Below are positions 19,401 to 28,658 of a DNA stretch of 51,490 nucleotides, piece by piece. A program made the translations under genes and the position numbers. Source of the stretch: Erysipelothrix sp. GTDB lineage: Bacteria > Bacillota_I > Bacilli_A > Erysipelotrichales > Erysipelotrichaceae. Where the stretch lies: contig JAAYEW010000054.1 in the NCBI GenBank assembly GCA_012728555.1, forward strand, positions 1 to 51,490, given 5' to 3'. The notes under the pieces were generated by a model. It did no database searches, was not told the DNA's origin, and saw nothing but the letters and a program-made list of their open reading frames with translations. Every line of letters begins with the position of its first letter. Positions within the stretch are counted from its first letter, which is position 1.

Positions 19401-21336
19401 TCTTCAATTGAAACGCTATACAATCCTAGAAAAAATTGGTAAAGGTGGAATGGCCGATGTCTATTTAGCGTATGACAATGTCTTGAAAAGAGAGTGTGCC
19501 ATTAAAATACTACTTTCAGAACTCTCTAATGATGCAGTTGCGAAACTGCGTTTTCGTCGTGAAGCAGATGCTGCAGCCAATCTTCAACATCCAAATATTA
19601 CAACGATTTATGATGTTGGAGAAGCAGCCAACCGCCCATTTATTGTTATGGAATATGTTCATGGTCAAACTTTAAAAGAGCTTATTGTTCAGCGAGGATT
19701 CATTGAGAAAAAAGAAGCTGTTTTCTTAATGATCCAAATTTTAGAAGGTATTGACTGTGCTCACAAAGCTGGGGTCATCCATCGAGATGTCAAACCTCAA
19801 AATATCATCGTTAAGGCGGATGGAACAGCTAAAGTAGCTGATTTTGGGATTGCAAGTATCCAAGGATCCATCCAATTAACTCAACACGATTCAGTGATGG
19901 GGAGTGTTCATTACTTAGCACCTGAATGTTCCAAAGGCCATCAAGCAAGTATCCAATCAGATATCTATTCCTTGGGTATTGTGTTTTTTGAAATGTTAAC
20001 CGGAGAAGTTCCCTATAAAGGAGATGCTGCAGTTCAAGTCGCATTAAAACATATGAATGAAAAAATGCGGGGAGTTAGAGAGTATAACAACTCTATCGAA
20101 CAATCGATAGAAAATATAATTATTAAAGCAACTGCTAAAAATAGAGAGCAACGTTACAAAACAATCCAAGAGATGCTTAAAGATCTTCGGGTTGCTTTAG
20201 AGCCAGAACACTTAAATGATAAGAAACTAATCTTAGAACATACCCCTCTATCTTCTGAATTAAGTCAAGAAACAAAGGTTTTTGCGGACAAAGAACTTAT
20301 CGAACCAGAAACAGTTGATTCAAAGCTATCACTTAAAAATAAGATATTGATTGGCGTTATTGCCACTAGTTTGATTGCAATTTTGTTGTTATTAATCTCA
20401 TCATTAATTCCATCGGCGAATAATAAAAAAAGTTTTAACTTATCAAATTATAGCGGTCAATCAATTTCTGAAGTCACTAGCAAATTAAAACAATTAGGCT
20501 TAACGGTGAATCCTACCTATCTGTACGAAGTTCATGAAACCATTGAAAAAGACAATGTTATTAATACCATTCCAAGTGCAAATGAATTAGTTAAAGAGGG
20601 AGATATCATTCAGCTAATTGTTTCGGAAGGAACCTATTATGTAATTGAAGATTATTCAGAAAAATCATTGGAAGAAGTTAGAGAAATGTTGCGTACGCAG
20701 TTGAATATCAATTTAATCGTTGAATATGAATCGAGTAAAGAAGTTGATGAAGGAATTGTTTTAAGACAAGAAAACTTAAGTCCAAATGAAAAGATTTCTC
20801 CAAACAAAAGATACGACCTCAAATTAATAGTATCTCGGCCGGTTACTTTTCAAATTCCGGTACAACTCATCGGTATGAATTATTTAGAAGCAGAAACTCT
20901 ACTAAAAGAAAAAGGCGCAACTGTCTTATTTAATGCAATTGATTCAAGCACATTGAGCGATGAAGTATGGGAGAAAACAGAGTTTGAAGTCATCACAAGG
21001 GTTACTCCAACGGTAGGATCATCCTATACCCAAACTTCCGGAGCAATTATAGAGTTGACTTACTTTACTAAGACGGAAAGAACAATCGTGAAAGTAGATA
21101 AGGTAAAGTTAGAAACTTTACTCAATGATGCTCAATTAATTGATTTAAGTGATAAAACAGCTGAATCGGTTCATATTTTGAATCTAGCAAAACAAAACTC
21201 ACTGTTAGTTATGAACAATCCCGATGCAAAACAAAAACAAGTCGACGATGCCTATGACAATTTGTTAAACGCTATCAATGGACTACAACAGATAGTTGTA
21301 GAAGATCCAACTCCGGAACCTAATCCTCAACCATGA
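19393..21336 (+). CDS. prkC: Ser/Thr protein kinase with TM helix and extracellular PASTA repeats (PrkC-like)
   Basis: 'HRDVKPQNI', 'DFGIA', 'APE', TM helix 'ILIGVIATSLIAILLLLISSLI' and three PASTA-like repeats, plus an extra C-terminal helical domain. Confidence 0.9.
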   Translation: MDNLQLKRYTILEKIGKGGMADVYLAYDNVLKRECAIKILLSELSNDAVAKLRFRREADAAANLQHPNITTIYDVGEAANRPFIVMEYVHGQTLKELIVQRGFIEKKEAVFLMIQILEGIDCAHKAGVIHRDVKPQNIIVKADGTAKVADFGIASIQGSIQLTQHDSVMGSVHYLAPECSKGHQASIQSDIYSLGIVFFEMLTGEVPYKGDAAVQVALKHMNEKMRGVREYNNSIEQSIENIIIKATAKNREQRYKTIQEMLKDLRVALEPEHLNDKKLILEHTPLSSELSQETKVFADKELIEPETVDSKLSLKNKILIGVIATSLIAILLLLISSLIPSANNKKSFNLSNYSGQSISEVTSKLKQLGLTVNPTYLYEVHETIEKDNVINTIPSANELVKEGDIIQLIVSEGTYYVIEDYSEKSLEEVREMLRTQLNINLIVEYESSKEVDEGIVLRQENLSPNEKISPNKRYDLKLIVSRPVTFQIPVQLIGMNYLEAETLLKEKGATVLFNAIDSSTLSDEVWEKTEFEVITRVTPTVGSSYTQTSGAIIELTYFTKTERTIVKVDKVKLETLLNDAQLIDLSDKTAESVHILNLAKQNSLLVMNNPDAKQKQVDDAYDNLLNAINGLQQIVVEDPTPEPNPQP

Positions 21337-22187
21337 TCTATCAAGGGAAAATAATTCGTACAAGCTCAAAGCTGTACCAAGTCTATCTTGAAGATGGTCG
21401 ACTTGTAGAGGCTTTTGCGATGGGAAAATTACGTTTAGGCAAAACACCTTTGGTAGGCGATCATGTTATTGTCGAAGAAATGGGTGATAAATTTGGCATT
21501 CAAGAAATACTGGAGCGATTTAATCGTTTATACCGTCCAAATATTGTCAATGTCGATCAAGTTTTTATTGTTATAAGTTGTGTCGAACCAGATTTTCATT
21601 CCTTGTTGTGTGACAAAATGATTTTTAAAGCGAATCTAGCTAATATTCACCCAATTCTCGTATTCACAAAACTTGACCTGATACCTAAAGATCACTATGT
21701 TTATCGTTTTATTGAAGATTATCAACACAGTGGTTATGATGTAGTTCTTGTTGAAAAAGAAGGCTCTATTAACGACTTTAAATCTTACCTTAAAAAAAAG
21801 ATAAGTGTTTTATCAGGGAACTCAGGTGTTGGTAAATCAACATTACTAAATCGATTGGATAGTGATTTGATGCTTAAAACTCAAAAAATATCCAAAGCGT
21901 TAGGGCGAGGAAAACATACAACGACCAACACGACTTTGTTCGAAATTGGTGAGGGTTATGTAGCTGATACACCTGGATTCTCGACACTCAGTTTTGAAAA
22001 TGATTCAAAGCGTAAACTTTCAATAGTTGTTCTTGACTTTAAAGCGTATCAAAGTTGTAAGTTCAATGATTGTTTACACGTCAGTGAACCACAATGTGGT
22101 ATAAAAGATGCAGTCAAACAAGGTTTAATTTCTGAAATTCGATACAATAATTATTTAAAAGTACTCGATGAAATGAAGGAGGATTAA
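21333..22187 (+). CDS. rsgA: Ribosome small-subunit biogenesis GTPase RsgA
   Basis: Circularly permuted GTPase ('TKLDL' before 'GNSGVGKST') with C-terminal zinc knuckle 'CKFNDCLHVSEPQC'. Confidence 0.92.
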   Translation: MIYQGKIIRTSSKLYQVYLEDGRLVEAFAMGKLRLGKTPLVGDHVIVEEMGDKFGIQEILERFNRLYRPNIVNVDQVFIVISCVEPDFHSLLCDKMIFKANLANIHPILVFTKLDLIPKDHYVYRFIEDYQHSGYDVVLVEKEGSINDFKSYLKKKISVLSGNSGVGKSTLLNRLDSDLMLKTQKISKALGRGKHTTTNTTLFEIGEGYVADTPGFSTLSFENDSKRKLSIVVLDFKAYQSCKFNDCLHVSEPQCGIKDAVKQGLISEIRYNNYLKVLDEMKED

Positions 22188-22189
22188 TT

Positions 22190-22840
22190 ATGATCATTGC
22201 GCCATCAGTCCTATCAATGGACTATTCAAAAGTAGAAGAATCAATGAAATTGCTGAATGAATCAAAAGCCCAGTGGTTACATTTTGATGTGATGGATGGA
22301 CACTTTGTTCCAAATATTACTTTTGGCCCAGATATCTTGAGAGGACTGTCTAAGTTAACTAACAATCTTTTGGATGTCCATTTAATGATTTCTAACCCAA
22401 AGAAATATGCCAACGAGTTTATTGAAAATGGAGCAAACTTAATTACTGTTCATTGGGAGTGTTTTGATGATGCTGAAGATGCGCTCAACTTTATTCTAGA
22501 GTTAAAGAAAAAAGGAGTAAAAACAGGAATCACAAGTAAACCCAGTACCGATATTATGGAGTACCAGGCTCTACTTGAAGAAGTAGATTTGGTCTTGGTG
22601 ATGTCTGTTGAACCTGGTTTTGGTGGACAATTGTTTATGATGGAATCTCTAGACAAGATAAGAACGTTAAAAGAATTAAGAGATACAAATAATTACAACT
22701 ATTTAATTGAAGTTGATGGTGGTATTAATCAAGAAACCGCAAAACTTGTTTTAGATGCTGGAGCAGATGTTTTGGTAGCTGGTTCTTATATTTTTAAAGC
22801 AGACATCATAGAGAGAGTTGATTCTTTATGGAATCTGTAA
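22190..22840 (+). CDS. rpe: Ribulose-phosphate 3-epimerase
   Basis: 'HFDVMDGHFVPN' and 'VMSVEPGFGGQ'. Confidence 0.95.
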   Translation: MIIAPSVLSMDYSKVEESMKLLNESKAQWLHFDVMDGHFVPNITFGPDILRGLSKLTNNLLDVHLMISNPKKYANEFIENGANLITVHWECFDDAEDALNFILELKKKGVKTGITSKPSTDIMEYQALLEEVDLVLVMSVEPGFGGQLFMMESLDKIRTLKELRDTNNYNYLIEVDGGINQETAKLVLDAGADVLVAGSYIFKADIIERVDSLWNL

Positions 22841-23448
22841 CACTGGTTTTAGGTAACATAAAAACAATCGATAAAGAATTATTAATAGGAGATCTTATCG
22901 GTGTTGATCATGGTGCAAAGCTCCTTGCTCAACAAGGTATTCAAATGAGACTTTCGATTGGAGATTTCGACTCTGTTGACAAAGAGGATCTAGAGGTAAT
23001 TAAAAAACATTCTAATGAAATGATTGTATTACAAAAGGAAAAAGATGAATCTGATTTTGAAGCAGCCCTTAATCGTACGCACGGTTATGAAAAAGTGTAT
23101 GTGTATGGTGGGTTAGGTGGAAGGTTTGATCATCTATATGTAAATATCCAATTATTAAAGAATGATAATCGTCTTGTCTTTTTGGATGAGCAAAATCAAA
23201 TCGAAGTAAAAAGAGAAGGAACATATCCAATTATTAGAAATGAGTTTCAGTATGTCTCTTTCTTTAGTTTAAATGAAGCAGTCATTAGTTTAATTGGTTT
23301 TAAATATGCTTTGGACCAGTATCCTTTAAAACACGATGATTTGTTTGCTTTATCTAATGAGTTGCTTTATGAGAAAGCAAAGTTAATTGTACACAGTGGT
23401 AAAGTCTTAATGATTCAGTCCAAAGATATACAAAAAAAGGAAGACTAA
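22828..23448 (+). CDS. thiN: Thiamine pyrophosphokinase
   Basis: 'GDFDS' and 'GGLGGRFDH'. Position after rpe matches B. subtilis yloS. Confidence 0.85.
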   Translation: MESVTLVLGNIKTIDKELLIGDLIGVDHGAKLLAQQGIQMRLSIGDFDSVDKEDLEVIKKHSNEMIVLQKEKDESDFEAALNRTHGYEKVYVYGGLGGRFDHLYVNIQLLKNDNRLVFLDEQNQIEVKREGTYPIIRNEFQYVSFFSLNEAVISLIGFKYALDQYPLKHDDLFALSNELLYEKAKLIVHSGKVLMIQSKDIQKKED

Positions 23449-23460
23449 GCTTCCTTTTTA
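23434..23460. terminator. Bidirectional terminator between thiN and convergent rpmB
   Basis: AAGGAAG-actaag-CTTCCTT flanked by an A-run and a T-run. Confidence 0.55.
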
Positions 23461-23521
23461 GTTGAATCTAACTCAATAAAGTGATTGTTTAACTCAGAAA
23501 GTCCATGTCATCATGAATGAA

Positions 23522-23710
23522 CTAGACTGTTTGAGCTTTTAATTTCTTTAATTCGCGGGTAGAAATACGGATACGTTGTGGCTTACCATCAACCAATACC
23601 GTTACCTTTTGAAGGTTAACATTCCACTTGCGACGAGTCGCACGCAATGAGTGAGAACGTTTGTTCCCTGACATAGCTCTTTTTCCTGATACGGCACATA
23701 CTCTTGACAT
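23522..23710 (-). CDS. rpmB: 50S ribosomal protein L28
   Basis: '[35 protein letters not shown]'. ATG at 23710 with RBS GGAAGGGGG; the ORF-track start at 23728 is upstream of the RBS. Confidence 0.93.
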   Translation of the reverse strand: MSRVCAVSGKRAMSGNKRSHSLRATRRKWNVNLQKVTVLVDGKPQRIRISTRELKKLKAQTV

Positions 23711-23882
23711 TCCGTAACCCCCTTCCATTAACTTGCTTTACTAGGATACCATAGAGAAATATTAATTGCAAGTAAAAATGTAATTAATATGTGTTGAGCT
23801 TTCTAAGCAGCTTCTTCTATTTGTGAGTGGAAAAGTTCTATGAAAAAGTCTATAATAAAATGTGATGAAAGAAGGAACTGTT

Positions 23883-25037
23883 ATGATTATTCAAAGTACA
23901 AGAGTATGGCTCGCAAGCCAATTTCTGCCTTTTCAAATAGAACTTGAAGGATCTAAAATAAAAGCTATTCATTCTTATAATTCAAAAGCTGTTGACAAAG
24001 ATTTTGGTGACATGAGAATTGTTCCAGGCTTTATTGACATTCATATTCATGGAGGTTACGGGTTTGACACGAATGATGCTTATGAATCAGGACTAATTAA
24101 TCTGTATGAAAACCTTCCTAAAGAAGGGGTTACTAGTTTTTTACCTACAACAATCACTCAAAGTGAAGAAGTATTAACAAAAGCTCTACAAAATGTAGCT
24201 GCAGTTAAAGAAAAACAAGAAAGTGGCGCTAGGATTTTAGGGGTACATTTTGAGGGTCCTTATTTAAATGTTGCATTTAAAGGTGCACAGCCTGAAGAAT
24301 ATATTGTTAAACCGGATGTTGAGCAATTTAAACGATATCAAGCGGCTTCTAATAATTTAATTAAACTCATTACAATGGCGTGTGAAAAAGATGAAGATTA
24401 TCAACTGATGAATTACTTAAGTAGTCAAGACATTGTTGTTTCTTTGGGTCATACCGGAGCAAATTATGAAGAAGCACTTTTAGCAGTTGGAAATGGAGCA
24501 AAATCATTTACCCATGTCTACAATGGAATGAGTCGTTATCATCATCGCGATATGAATGTCCAAGGCGCTTCACTCCGTTTCCATGATGTTTTTGGAGAAA
24601 TTATTGTTGATGGAAATCATGCGAACTTTGCGGCAGTGAATAATTACATGGTTGCGAAAGGCAAAGACAAAGTCATTTTAATTACAGATGCTTTAATTGG
24701 TAAAGGCGAACCAATTGGATCCGAATACATCTTTGGAGGTCACCCTATTAAAATTGCTGAGAACGGAAGTGCTTATCTTCAAGATGGGACGGGTTCATTG
24801 GCTGGGTCGACTCTGTTAACGAATATTGGTGTTAAGAATATTATTGAAAAAGTAGGACTTGATTGGGAATATGCTTTGAATGCAGCAAGTACAAATCCGG
24901 CAACATTGTTAGGTTTAGATAATTCAAAAGGATATTTAAGAGCTGGATACGATGCGGATATTGTTGTGTTGCAGGACGATTACAATGTTGCTTGTACCTT
25001 TGTTTTAGGCGAAATTGCTTATGAGAATAAAGAATGA
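23883..25037 (+). CDS. nagA: N-acetylglucosamine-6-phosphate deacetylase
   Basis: 'FIDIHIHGGYGFD', 'HFEGPY' and 'LGHT'. I prefer the ATG at 23883 (RBS GAAGGA; TATAAT at 23851-23856) over the GTG at 23862. Confidence 0.9.
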   Translation: MIIQSTRVWLASQFLPFQIELEGSKIKAIHSYNSKAVDKDFGDMRIVPGFIDIHIHGGYGFDTNDAYESGLINLYENLPKEGVTSFLPTTITQSEEVLTKALQNVAAVKEKQESGARILGVHFEGPYLNVAFKGAQPEEYIVKPDVEQFKRYQAASNNLIKLITMACEKDEDYQLMNYLSSQDIVVSLGHTGANYEEALLAVGNGAKSFTHVYNGMSRYHHRDMNVQGASLRFHDVFGEIIVDGNHANFAAVNNYMVAKGKDKVILITDALIGKGEPIGSEYIFGGHPIKIAENGSAYLQDGTGSLAGSTLLTNIGVKNIIEKVGLDWEYALNAASTNPATLLGLDNSKGYLRAGYDADIVVLQDDYNVACTFVLGEIAYENKE

Positions 25038-26668
25038 AGTTTGTTTTTATTATTAATCCGATTTCTGGAAAAGCACAATATCAAAGTGTAGTTGATATCG
25101 TCAAGATTTATGCTAAAAATCATCCTATCTTTGATTATGATTTAGTGCTGACAGAATATACTGGTCACGCCAAAGATATCGCTGCCAATTATCCTAATGC
25201 TACGTCTTGTTGTTTTGTTGCCTGTGGTGGCGATGGAACTTTAAACGAAGTACTCAATGGACTTCAAGCTGGAGCAACTCTGGCTCAAATACCTATTGGA
25301 TCGGGAAATGATTTCTTCAAGATGCTGGGTTACAAAAAAAATATTGACTTAGAATCACTAGTTATCTCGACGATTGAAGGAAAAATTGTCAACATTGATT
25401 ATGGACGTGTGAATTCAGAACGATTTATTAATTCTTGTAACATGGGTCTGGATGCAGATGTACTAGTTGAGTTTAATAAGAATCGTGGACGAATACCAAA
25501 TCGTTTCTTATACGCTTATTCCATCATGAAAACGATTCAAAAACCAAAGGTACATATCAATCGTATTGAAAATCATACAACCAATGAAATCGTTGAAAAG
25601 GATATGATGCTATTAACAGTGATGAATGGAAAATATTATGGAAATGGTTATACACCGACTCCGTTTGCAGAAATTCAAGATGGCATGTTTGATATCTGTT
25701 GGGCAGAAAAGATGTCAGTACCTAGGATTGTTTCTTTATTATCTAAATACAAAAAAGGAAACCACATCAACGAAAAAAGAGTTCATTTTCTAAAGAGTAA
25801 TCACTTAACTATTTCTTCCGATGAACCTCTAAGATATGGATTAGATGGAGAACTTAAAGAAAGTTACAAAATTGAAATTGAGAATATGGCAGGACAATTA
25901 AAATTTATGGTTTGTAAATCATCACCATTACAAGGAGAAAGAATGAAAGTTTATATTGAAAAAGATGCACAAGCAGTAGCAGATACAGCATATCGCTTTT
26001 ATGAAAAACTATTATCAGAAAAACCAAATGCAGTGCTAGGTCTTGCGACGGGATCGACTCCGATAAAATTGTATCAAAATTTAATTGAAGGATATCAAAA
26101 GAGTCAAATTTCTTTCAAACATGTAACTTCAGTGAATCTTGATGAATATGTCGGGTTACCTGTAGGCCATAAAGAAACATATCGAGAATTTATGAATAAT
26201 CAACTCTTCAATTTTATTGATATTGATAAATCCAATACCCATGTCCCTGTTTCTCATGGCGATTTACAACAAAATGCTAAGGAATATGAAAATCTTCTTG
26301 ATACATTGCACATTGATTTACAGTTACTTGGACTTGGTGAAAATGGCCATATTGGATTCAATGAACCTGGAGAGGATTTTGATTCAGTGACACATATCGT
26401 TGAACTTGATCAAAATACACGTGAAAATAACGCTCGTTTCTTTGATTCGATAGAGGATGTTCCTACACAAGCAATTACCATGGGTATTGCTTCTATTATG
26501 AAGGCGAATCAAATCCTTGTCTTAGCTACCGGAGAAAACAAGCAAGAAGCTGTTTACCAAATGGTAAAAGGCAAAGTTTCTTCGCAATTTCCATGTACGG
26601 CTCTTCAAAATCATCCAAATGTTCTTGTGATTGTTGATGAAGCTGCAGCAAAGAAACTACATGAATAA
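25034..26668 (+). CDS. nagB: In-frame fusion: DAGK/YegS-like lipid-kinase-family domain (aa 1-303) + glucosamine-6-phosphate deaminase NagB (aa 304-544)
   Basis: N-terminal part: 'FIINPISGK', 'ACGGDGTLNEV' and 'IPIGSGNDF'. C-terminal part: 'GLATGSTP', 'NLDEY' and 'GLGENGHIGFNEPG'. There is no in-frame stop between them. An internal AAGGAGAAAGA-ATG at 25943 looks like an independent nagB start. Confidence 0.8.
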   Translation: MKFVFIINPISGKAQYQSVVDIVKIYAKNHPIFDYDLVLTEYTGHAKDIAANYPNATSCCFVACGGDGTLNEVLNGLQAGATLAQIPIGSGNDFFKMLGYKKNIDLESLVISTIEGKIVNIDYGRVNSERFINSCNMGLDADVLVEFNKNRGRIPNRFLYAYSIMKTIQKPKVHINRIENHTTNEIVEKDMMLLTVMNGKYYGNGYTPTPFAEIQDGMFDICWAEKMSVPRIVSLLSKYKKGNHINEKRVHFLKSNHLTISSDEPLRYGLDGELKESYKIEIENMAGQLKFMVCKSSPLQGERMKVYIEKDAQAVADTAYRFYEKLLSEKPNAVLGLATGSTPIKLYQNLIEGYQKSQISFKHVTSVNLDEYVGLPVGHKETYREFMNNQLFNFIDIDKSNTHVPVSHGDLQQNAKEYENLLDTLHIDLQLLGLGENGHIGFNEPGEDFDSVTHIVELDQNTRENNARFFDSIEDVPTQAITMGIASIMKANQILVLATGENKQEAVYQMVKGKVSSQFPCTALQNHPNVLVIVDEAAAKKLHE

Positions 26669-27551
26669 GAGAGAAATACAAGCTGTTGTCTGTGATTTAG
26701 ATGGTACATTACTTACCTCTAAAAAGAAAATCTTGAATGAAACAAGAAATGCCTTAATTGAACTTCAAGAAAGAGGCATTAAATTAATCTTAGCATCTTC
26801 GCGCACTTTGTTTATGCTAGAAGAAATTATTGACTCTTTACAAATGAGACAACACAATGGTTATGCTGTTTGTCAAAACGGATTAGTCACTGTCGATCTT
26901 AGTAACGCCGAGATACAAGAATTTTCTGGTATCAGTGATAGTCAAGCTTTGGAAATTTTTGATTACTTTAAAAGGTATCGACATCTAGGGGTGTTTGAAT
27001 CTGAAAAAGGATTTCAAATCCATATACCAATAAAATTGAGATGGGCTATGCCAATTTATTACTATATAATTGCGAAGAAAAAGTATTCAGATATGAGAAA
27101 TATTACCTTTACATTATTTGGTGATTTTCGATTTAGTCCGGACCAAAAAATTGAAATTATTCATAAGCGTGACGAACTAACATTCCCTGTCTCTAAAGCT
27201 GGATACATCCGTTTAACCAAGGGAATGGATAAAATGGTGAATCAATTAAATGAAAATTTCTGTGAACTAGACATTATCCGAATTTCAAGAGCATGGGCTG
27301 ATATAATGCCTAAAGGGATTAATAAAGCTCATGGTATCAATTCACTTTCAAATAAACTTGGTTTTGGTTTTGAAAATATGATTGTTTTTGGTGATGCAGA
27401 AAATGATATCGAAATGATTAAGAGTGCACGATTAGGAATTGCAATGGGTAATGCGATGCAAAAAGTAAAACAGAATGCAGACGATATTACTTTATCCAAC
27501 AATGAAAACGGCATTGCTCATGCTTTAAAAAAATATGGTTTAATTGAGTGA
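26661..27551 (+). CDS. Cof-type HAD-IIB phosphatase
   Basis: 'VCDLDGTLL' and 'GDAENDIEM'. The ATG at 26661 overlaps the nagB stop. Confidence 0.85.
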   Translation: MNKREIQAVVCDLDGTLLTSKKKILNETRNALIELQERGIKLILASSRTLFMLEEIIDSLQMRQHNGYAVCQNGLVTVDLSNAEIQEFSGISDSQALEIFDYFKRYRHLGVFESEKGFQIHIPIKLRWAMPIYYYIIAKKKYSDMRNITFTLFGDFRFSPDQKIEIIHKRDELTFPVSKAGYIRLTKGMDKMVNQLNENFCELDIIRISRAWADIMPKGINKAHGINSLSNKLGFGFENMIVFGDAENDIEMIKSARLGIAMGNAMQKVKQNADDITLSNNENGIAHALKKYGLIE

Positions 27552-27618
27552 GCAATTCAGATGACAGAATATAAGGAATTCGTTATACTATCAGTGAAGT
27601 TAAGGAGACAGAAAATAA

Positions 27619-27924
27619 ATGAAATATGCAACAAGTGAAAATTTTAATGAATTAATTAAAGAAGGGGTCGTATTAGTGGATTTTTATGCCGACTGGTGTG
27701 GCCCATGTAAAATGTTAGGACCAGTACTAGAAGAAGTAGCTAAGGAAGATCCTTCAGTGACAATTGTCAAAGTAAATGTTGACAATGAACAAGCGTTAGC
27801 TCAACATTTTAAAGTTCAATCGATTCCAACTCTTTATTTATTTAAAGATGGACAAGCGGTTGCTCAAACAATGGGTTATCAAGCGAAGCCAATGCTTCAA
27901 CAATTTATTGCCAAAGCTAAATAG
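27619..27924 (+). CDS. trxA: Thioredoxin
   Basis: 'WCGPCK' active site, 101 aa. Confidence 0.93.
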   Translation: MKYATSENFNELIKEGVVLVDFYADWCGPCKMLGPVLEEVAKEDPSVTIVKVNVDNEQALAQHFKVQSIPTLYLFKDGQAVAQTMGYQAKPMLQQFIAKAK

Positions 27925-27931
27925 CGATATC

Positions 27932-27957
27932 AAGCACTCCTAGGGAGTGCTTTTTAT
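27932..27957 (+). terminator. Rho-independent terminator after trxA
   Basis: AAGCACTCC-tag-GGAGTGCTT followed by TTTAT. Confidence 0.8.
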
Positions 27958-28026
27958 TTGTTTATTCAATAAAGCGTTTACAAAAATGGGTTAGTGTTTA
28001 AATTTGCTAAACAATTTGTTTAATGG

Positions 28027-28054
28027 TTGCATACATCAAAAAGTTGTGTATAAT
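28027..28054 (+). promoter_or_regulatory. Candidate SigA promoter of the XRE-cupin/potABCD operon
   Basis: TTGCAT, 16 nt, TATAAT. Confidence 0.5.
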
Positions 28055-28061
28055 AGAGAAG

Positions 28062-28102
28062 GGTTTAGTTTAACTTGAAATTAAGTTTAGTATTACTAAA
28101 CC
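28062..28102 (+). promoter_or_regulatory. Leader repeat array: GTTTAGT x2 direct + ACTAAAC inverted (GGTTTAGT...ACTAAACC)
   Basis: 8-bp inverted repeat 28062-28069 / 28095-28102, with an inner AACTT/AAGTT stem and a third GTTTAGT copy at 28085-28091. It lies between the -10 and the RBS. It could be an operator or an RNA hairpin. Confidence 0.35.
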
Positions 28103-28115
28103 GAAGGGGGCACTT

Positions 28116-28649
28116 ATGCAAATAGGACAACGTATTCGAAAGTACCGGACAAAAAACGGTTTAACATTAGAAGAGTTAGCAAGTCGAACAGAGTTAACCA
28201 AAGGTTTTCTCTCTCAACTAGAAAATGATTTAACATCTCCATCGATTTCTACATTAGCAGATATCGTTGAAGCACTAGGTGTGACATTATCTCAATTCTT
28301 TATGGACGAAACAAATGATCAAGTCGTTTTTGGTAAAGAAGATTTTTTTGTCGATAAACAAGAGAATTATACAATCGATTGGATTGTTCCTAATGCGCAA
28401 AAAAACAAGATGGAACCAATTCGTTTATTACTGAATGAAGGGGGATCGTCCATGATGATTAACCCTCATGAAGGAGAAGAGTTTGGATATGTCTTGTCAG
28501 GAAAGGTGTCACTTGAAATCGATGGAAAGAAACAAATTGTAAAAAAAGGAGAAACCTTTTATTTAAAAGGCAACACAAGTCATCGACTAGTTAATGAATC
28601 AAAAAGAGAAAGTGAAATTCTGTGGGTGAGTACACCTCCAATATTTTAG
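28116..28649 (+). CDS. XRE-family HTH + cupin-domain transcriptional regulator (PuuR-like)
   Basis: 'IGQRIRKYRTKNGLTLEELA...SQLEN' HTH and a C-terminal cupin 'GEEFGYVLSG...GETFYL...SHRLVN'. Confidence 0.85.
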   Translation: MQIGQRIRKYRTKNGLTLEELASRTELTKGFLSQLENDLTSPSISTLADIVEALGVTLSQFFMDETNDQVVFGKEDFFVDKQENYTIDWIVPNAQKNKMEPIRLLLNEGGSSMMINPHEGEEFGYVLSGKVSLEIDGKKQIVKKGETFYLKGNTSHRLVNESKRESEILWVSTPPIF

Positions 28650-28658
28650 GGAGAAGAT

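Noticed and set aside
25900-25945. Treating the kinase-like and nagB parts as two ordinary separate genes.
   Set aside because: The given sequence has no in-frame stop between them. Only an out-of-frame TAA is present, at 25915-25917. I therefore report the fusion as seen and flag that a single-base error would undo it.
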